Assembly (NCBI GenBank): GCA_046497275.1
Contig: JAWOFX010000096.1
Coordinates: forward strand, 23,202-55,201
Source of the DNA: Promethearchaeia archaeon
GTDB lineage: Archaea > Asgardarchaeota > Lokiarchaeia > Sigyniarchaeales > SOKP01
Direction: 5' to 3'
DNA: 32,000 nucleotides
Position 1 is the stretch's first letter; each line of letters opens with the position of its first letter. Of the stretch, positions 27,007 to 32,000 are shown piece after piece. Both the position numbers and the translations under genes were made by a program. The notes beneath the pieces were generated by a model. It saw nothing but the letters and a program-made list of their open reading frames with translations, was not told where the DNA came from and made no database searches.

Positions 27007-27291
27007 TCTTGGATCAATTATAATTCATTTTATTTTTTTATATTTATTTTAGAAAAGATGATTTTATTTCTTAAAAATACACTAAAATTCACGTTTGAAA
27101 ATTGCGTTAAAATCATACTAATCAGAATTTCAATTTATTTATAATCTTTTTATTTTAACTAAATATTGATATATAAACAAAGTTTTTATCAAAAAGAAAG
27201 TTATCTAACTAAAAAAAAAATATTATTCCAATAAATAGATTCATTAATCTATATAATTATAAAATCGATTAAAATAAAGCAATAAAATATC

Positions 27292-28080
27292 ATGGAAAAA
27301 GATAATCAGTTCTTGAAGTGGATTCAATCAAACACTCTGAAAGGAATTATATTTGATTTTGACGGTACTCTTTTAGATATTAGTGAGCCGCTCGAAAGAG
27401 CACTTCATGAAACGTTTGAAGAGTATAAACTAGATGTTGATATTTCAGAGACGAAAAAGGAAATTGGATCCGTATTAGAATCAGTACAAGGATTCCCCTT
27501 GCCAAAAATTATATTAGAATCACATGATATTTTCAAATTTATTACCACACTTAGTCATCTCACATATTTTAAAAAATTGCGAGTTGCAACTAAGATTTTT
27601 ACCCGATATCTCGATTATGAAAAAGAGGCCCCCTTATTCGAAGGCGCAGTTGATTTACTTAAAGAATTGAGTAAAAAGTATGATCTATATATCATATCAC
27701 ATAACCAATCAAAAAATTTACACCATCATCTTGATGAGAAGGAAATTAAGAAATATTTTAATGAAGTATATGGTGCTGATGAATTGCCTGCGTTAAAACC
27801 TAATCCTGAAGCTTTGCAGCCCGTTTTGGAACAATTTCCCAAATCAAACACAAATGAATTTGTAATGATTGGAGATATGCCTACAGATATTGAAGTTGGA
27901 CAAGAAGCAGGAATATGGACAATCGGAATTGCTAGCGGAATTAGCAATAAGGATTTATTAATTGAATATAGACCGAATATGTTAATCGAATCATTATATG
28001 AGTTAATGGATATATTTGGAATAAAATATAAGAAAAATTCAGATTCTAAAACTCAAGAATCTTTAAAAATTAAGACTTAA
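27292..28080 (+). CDS. HAD-superfamily hydrolase (phosphoglycolate phosphatase-like)
   Basis: Motif I IIFDFDGTL, II IISHN, III KPNP, IV MIGDMPTDI. Confidence 0.92.
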   Translation: MEKDNQFLKWIQSNTLKGIIFDFDGTLLDISEPLERALHETFEEYKLDVDISETKKEIGSVLESVQGFPLPKIILESHDIFKFITTLSHLTYFKKLRVATKIFTRYLDYEKEAPLFEGAVDLLKELSKKYDLYIISHNQSKNLHHHLDEKEIKKYFNEVYGADELPALKPNPEALQPVLEQFPKSNTNEFVMIGDMPTDIEVGQEAGIWTIGIASGISNKDLLIEYRPNMLIESLYELMDIFGIKYKKNSDSKTQESLKIKT

Positions 28081-28095
28081 GGAGTTGATATTAAT

Positions 28096-29814
28096 ATGGT
28101 AACAAATAAAAGCGAATTAGATAAGGAATTAGAGGAAATCAAACAAAAAGGTATCGGCGACTGGGAAGCAGAGGAAGAATCTAAATCAGAGGAGTTAAAA
28201 TGGAAAAAACCCCATCAAAACACACTTTATAAGATATTGAAATATAATCCAATAGATCCTATTAATGATTTCTATCATGAAATCATTGATTTATTAGAAT
28301 TGACTGAGAAAGAACAGCGAATACAATGGTGGTTAGCGGAAATATGGGTTAAACAAGCTATGAGATTAATTTGGAGATACGAAGCAGTATATGAAGACGG
28401 CGAGCTTTTTCCAGAATATGGACCAGGAATCGTGGTAAGTAATCATGAAAGTCATTTGGACCCATTTTTCGTCGGTGGAATATGTTTTCATAAAATTAAC
28501 TATATGAGTAAACCGGAGAATTTTAAGACTCCCATCGTTCGTACTTTATTTAAAAATCTGAGTGCATTTTCTCTCGGAGAAAGAGGGAACACAGAAGATA
28601 TAAGAAAAGCGTGGCAATATGCTAAACATAAACTCGAAATGGGTGAATGGATAGGTATTTTTCCAGAAGGTACTCGAAGCATGGATGAATCTATAGCGCC
28701 ATTCAAAACGGGAGCAGTAAGGTTGGCTATAGACGCAGGTGTACCTATCGTTCCAGTCGCAGTTATTGGATCTAGGGATGCTTTACCAAAAGGAAAATTA
28801 GTTGGAAAACCTGTACAAGTTCGATGTCGAGTAGGGAAACCAATCTATTACGATGAATATGAAGGGAAACTAACTCCAGAGCTTGTTAGGAAATTAACAG
28901 ATGAATTACACCAAAAAGTAGTTGATCTTAAGGAAGGAAAAGGTAATTTTGGTAAAAAAGTAATTAAACATAAAAAACCAGATGAATTAGAGGAATTATC
29001 AATAGGATCTCCTGAAGAGGAGAAAAGAGAGAAACAACAAAAAGGCTTTAAATACTGGTTGAAGTTTTATCAAAATTATTTATTACGGTCTATAGATGAT
29101 GCTTGGTTGACATTTCTAAAAATATTAGATGAATTTGGACTTAGGTATGAACTTCAAAAAGTAATTCAACACGGAATTACTTATCCTGTAGTGAAATTTA
29201 TTTGTGATAATTTCGCTCCTATTAAAGTGCTTGGATATGAGGAGAATGTACCAAGTGAAGCTGGTGCGATTATTTGCTCTAATCATAATTCTGAATGGGA
29301 TGTCATCATGAATGCTTATGCACTTGAAATATCCAAGAAACGTATGCTATGGCAAATGTCTAAGCAATCGTTATTCCAAATTCCAGTAGTGAATGCGTGG
29401 GTACGGACTCATCATGCATTTCCATTAAAAAGAGGTGGAAATGATATACCTTGTTTTAATTATGCGAGAACATTATTAGAAGAGGGGAAGATAGTGATGA
29501 TATACCCAGAAGGTACAACCTCTGGAGGAGGCGGTGAAGTGCTTGAAGGACACACGGGTTCAATGAGATTAGCTATTGAAGCAAAAGTTCCTATCATTCC
29601 CGTTGGGATCACGGGTACCGAAAAAACGTATCCAAAACACGGAAAATTTCTCCATTTCGGCCATGGACAAACATTCAAAGCGGGGGAACCGTTTATGGAA
29701 CATGCGAAATATTTTGATCAACCTATGCCGGACTATGATGAACTAAAGAGATTAACAAATGAACTAATGAATAGAATTAGAGATCTTTTAGTTTATGAAA
29801 AACCTAATGCCTAA
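28096..29814 (+). CDS. plsC: Tandem two-domain PlsC-family (lysophospholipid/glycerol-phosphate) acyltransferase
   Basis: Domain 1: SNHESHLDP, FPEGTRS, VPIVPV. Domain 2: SNHNSEWD, YPEGTTS, VPIIPVG. AGGAG at 28080-28084 upstream. Confidence 0.92.
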   Translation: MVTNKSELDKELEEIKQKGIGDWEAEEESKSEELKWKKPHQNTLYKILKYNPIDPINDFYHEIIDLLELTEKEQRIQWWLAEIWVKQAMRLIWRYEAVYEDGELFPEYGPGIVVSNHESHLDPFFVGGICFHKINYMSKPENFKTPIVRTLFKNLSAFSLGERGNTEDIRKAWQYAKHKLEMGEWIGIFPEGTRSMDESIAPFKTGAVRLAIDAGVPIVPVAVIGSRDALPKGKLVGKPVQVRCRVGKPIYYDEYEGKLTPELVRKLTDELHQKVVDLKEGKGNFGKKVIKHKKPDELEELSIGSPEEEKREKQQKGFKYWLKFYQNYLLRSIDDAWLTFLKILDEFGLRYELQKVIQHGITYPVVKFICDNFAPIKVLGYEENVPSEAGAIICSNHNSEWDVIMNAYALEISKKRMLWQMSKQSLFQIPVVNAWVRTHHAFPLKRGGNDIPCFNYARTLLEEGKIVMIYPEGTTSGGGGEVLEGHTGSMRLAIEAKVPIIPVGITGTEKTYPKHGKFLHFGHGQTFKAGEPFMEHAKYFDQPMPDYDELKRLTNELMNRIRDLLVYEKPNA

Positions 29815-29831
29815 ATAATCGGGTCTACAAT

Positions 29832-30905
29832 ATGGAAACTGCATCAGAAACACGTGAACACAAAAGAAAACCAAAAGTGGGAATACCGAGAGCACTTCAT
29901 TACTATCGATATTTTCCATTCTGGAAAAAATTATTAGAAGAACTTGGAGCAGAAATAGTTTTAAGTCCTCCCACGAATAAAAAAATAGTAGAAACGGGGG
30001 TACAGCAAGGTTTTGGCGAATTATGCATACCCATGAAAATATATTATGGACATGTTATGCATCTGATTGATAATAATCCTGATTTAGATTATATATTCGT
30101 TCCACGATATGTTTCTGAAGTTCAAGACGGTTTTTTTTGTCCAAAATTTCTATCTCTTCCTGATGTAGTTAAAATTTTACCCGGAATACCGAAATTACTA
30201 AATTTTGAAGTAAATGTGAAGGAATTTCCCGTAAATATGTCTGCGATAGATCTTGGAAAACAATTAGGAGTAGCGCGCTCCAAGTCATTAGAAGCATATA
30301 AAGAGGCAAAGCATTATTACCATGAATATAAGAGATTTCTTAGGAATGGGGCACCGGTTATTCATGCGTTAAGGTTAGTGCGAATGGATAAACCGTTTAA
30401 ATTGCCTAAGAAAAAAACAGAAGGTGAAATTCGATTATTATTAATAGGACACGAATATAATCTATTTGACACTTATATTAATTTAGATTTTCAGAAAAAG
30501 CTCAGAGAAAGGGATGTAGAAGTTATAACGAAAGAAAATATGCCAGAATCTATGTTTAAAGTACCAATAGTAGTGAATAGAAAACTTCATAATTACTGGC
30601 GGCACGAAGAGGAAATAATGCAAGTATGTCGATATTATATGAGAAAGGGTCGTGATGAGATTGATGGAATTATTTTTCTGATAAGTTTTGCATGTGGACC
30701 TGACAGTATTATCTCAGAATTAATAATGAGAGATATGAAGGTAGTTGGAATCCCATATCTTGCTCTCATTATGGATGAACATAGCGGTGAGGCGGGATTA
30801 CTCACAAGAATCGAATCTTTTGTTGAAATGATTAAACGAAAGAAAAAAAAGATGAGAGCAGATTCTCGCCAAGAAAAAAAAAGGCAAGAAGTTGATATTT
30901 TTTAG
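29832..30905 (+). CDS. DUF2229 / 2-hydroxyacyl-CoA dehydratase(-activase)-related protein
   Basis: KVGIPRAL..PFWKKLLEELGAEIVLSPPTNK, ELCIPMKIYYGHV, FFCPKFLSLPD, SFACGPDS, DEHSGEAGLLTRIESF. Confidence 0.85.
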   Translation: METASETREHKRKPKVGIPRALHYYRYFPFWKKLLEELGAEIVLSPPTNKKIVETGVQQGFGELCIPMKIYYGHVMHLIDNNPDLDYIFVPRYVSEVQDGFFCPKFLSLPDVVKILPGIPKLLNFEVNVKEFPVNMSAIDLGKQLGVARSKSLEAYKEAKHYYHEYKRFLRNGAPVIHALRLVRMDKPFKLPKKKTEGEIRLLLIGHEYNLFDTYINLDFQKKLRERDVEVITKENMPESMFKVPIVVNRKLHNYWRHEEEIMQVCRYYMRKGRDEIDGIIFLISFACGPDSIISELIMRDMKVVGIPYLALIMDEHSGEAGLLTRIESFVEMIKRKKKKMRADSRQEKKRQEVDIF

Positions 30906-30993
30906 AATTTTTTAATTATCTTTTTACTAATTTTATTATTTTTATATCTCTATTTAGTTTTATGTAAATGATTTAAATATTTCACTAGATTGA

Positions 30994-31881
30994 TTACTTT
31001 ATAAATCCTGCTGCTTTCATTGTGTCTAGATTCTGTTCTATATTCCATTGTAATCCCATAAGGTGCTCTTCCGAGAATATTTCCGAATTTGGAACGATAT
31101 GTTGTTGATACTTTTTAGTAACATATTCTACTGAAGGATTTTCATTATACCATTCAATTAATGAATTCTTCGCTTTAAAATACAGATTTTCCACCTCATT
31201 AACTAATTCCTCCATATCATCCCCTTTCCATATTCCAAAATGCGCTACAGCTATAGCATCAATCTCATTTTTTAATTTCCTTAATTTCTCATACGTTTTG
31301 AGCAAGCTCTCTTCGTCAAAATCTGGACCAAATAATACAGGTACGTAAGTATTTTTATCAATCTTATCGATTATGGCGTCTCCTACATAAAGAATTTTAT
31401 TTTTTAAATCTTCAATGGCGATAGAATCTTGGGTGTGCCCAAATAATTCATGAATTTTTAATTCCAACCCATTTAGATTTAAAATATCATCTTGTTTTAA
31501 TGGAGTCACCTCCTCGATTGGATCTACATGATAGCCAAAAAATTCATTCATTCTCTCTGGATTTTTAAGTACATCAAGGGCATTTTCATGGGCAAATACT
31601 TCTATATCCGTGTCCTTCATTAACCTTTTTATTTTTGGTAAGGCTTGGATATGATCCCAATGGGCATGAGTTAATAAAATTTGATGAATAGGGTAAATAT
31701 CAAAATGTTTTATTTTCTTAATCACTCTTCTCGCACTTAAAGCCTCACCGGTATCTATCATTAATCTTTTTCCATTACTTTCAATGACGTAGATTGCGCA
31801 CGTCTTCTCGGTTTTCATAAATTCCGCATCTAATAAATAAGCATTCTCATTAAATTTTCCTTCCTCTACTATATGTACCAA
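30994..31881 (-). CDS. Metallo-beta-lactamase-fold hydrolase
   Basis: IDTG, THAHWDH (HxHxDH), GHT, VGDAI, AHFG; TTG start. Confidence 0.92.
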   Translation of the reverse strand: MVHIVEEGKFNENAYLLDAEFMKTEKTCAIYVIESNGKRLMIDTGEALSARRVIKKIKHFDIYPIHQILLTHAHWDHIQALPKIKRLMKDTDIEVFAHENALDVLKNPERMNEFFGYHVDPIEEVTPLKQDDILNLNGLELKIHELFGHTQDSIAIEDLKNKILYVGDAIIDKIDKNTYVPVLFGPDFDEESLLKTYEKLRKLKNEIDAIAVAHFGIWKGDDMEELVNEVENLYFKAKNSLIEWYNENPSVEYVTKKYQQHIVPNSEIFSEEHLMGLQWNIEQNLDTMKAAGFIK

Positions 31882-32000
31882 TTTAAAACACTCGTGTTTA
31901 ATTTTATTTAATATTTATAACAGATATTGAAGTGATATTTATAGATTTCTCTAAAGTTTCATATCTACTAATAATTTAAAATCTTCAAAATTTTAAAAAA

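Noticed and set aside
22555-29678. Antisense or nested ORFs 22555-22752, 24186-24407, 24970-25263, 27726-27947, 28500-28706 and 29460-29678
   Set aside because: They overlap strongly supported genes or the ABC pseudogene on the opposite strand and have no motifs.

Overview
AT-rich archaeal chromosomal segment, most likely an Asgard archaeon (Lokiarchaeia-like). This is inferred from a longin-small GTPase fusion, a Rab-like GTPase, an ESCRT-II (EAP30)-like protein, a short XPF nuclease and a DUF1947-PUA protein. Most of the window is housekeeping or metabolic: a tryptophanase-family lyase missed by the ORF track, UvrD helicase, DhnA-type aldolase, S8 protease, acyl-CoA dehydrogenase, phosphohexomutase, 2H phosphoesterase, two MFS transporters, HAD hydrolase, a double PlsC acyltransferase, a DUF2229 protein and an MBL hydrolase. 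No rRNA, tRNA or CRISPR array was found. Main candidates for novelty: (1) a membrane-anchored protein with two tandem Vps22/Vps36-like EAP30 modules; (2) a ~730-770 aa stand-alone TnpB with a rearranged RuvC triad and a ~160-aa helical insertion where Cas12 proteins carry REC2; (3) a repeat-built Zn-module/PD-(D/E)xK-like protein; (4) a 32-bp insertion with a 10-bp duplication that frameshifts the acyl-CoA dehydrogenase C-terminus; (5) a HAD-PlsC/PlsC-DUF2229 putative lipid operon; (6) a RadA/Rad51-like FxxA motif at the UvrD C-terminus; (7) a longin-GTPase gene with no ATG/GTG/TTG start. All family assignments come from motif recognition and recalled consensus sequences, not from database searches.
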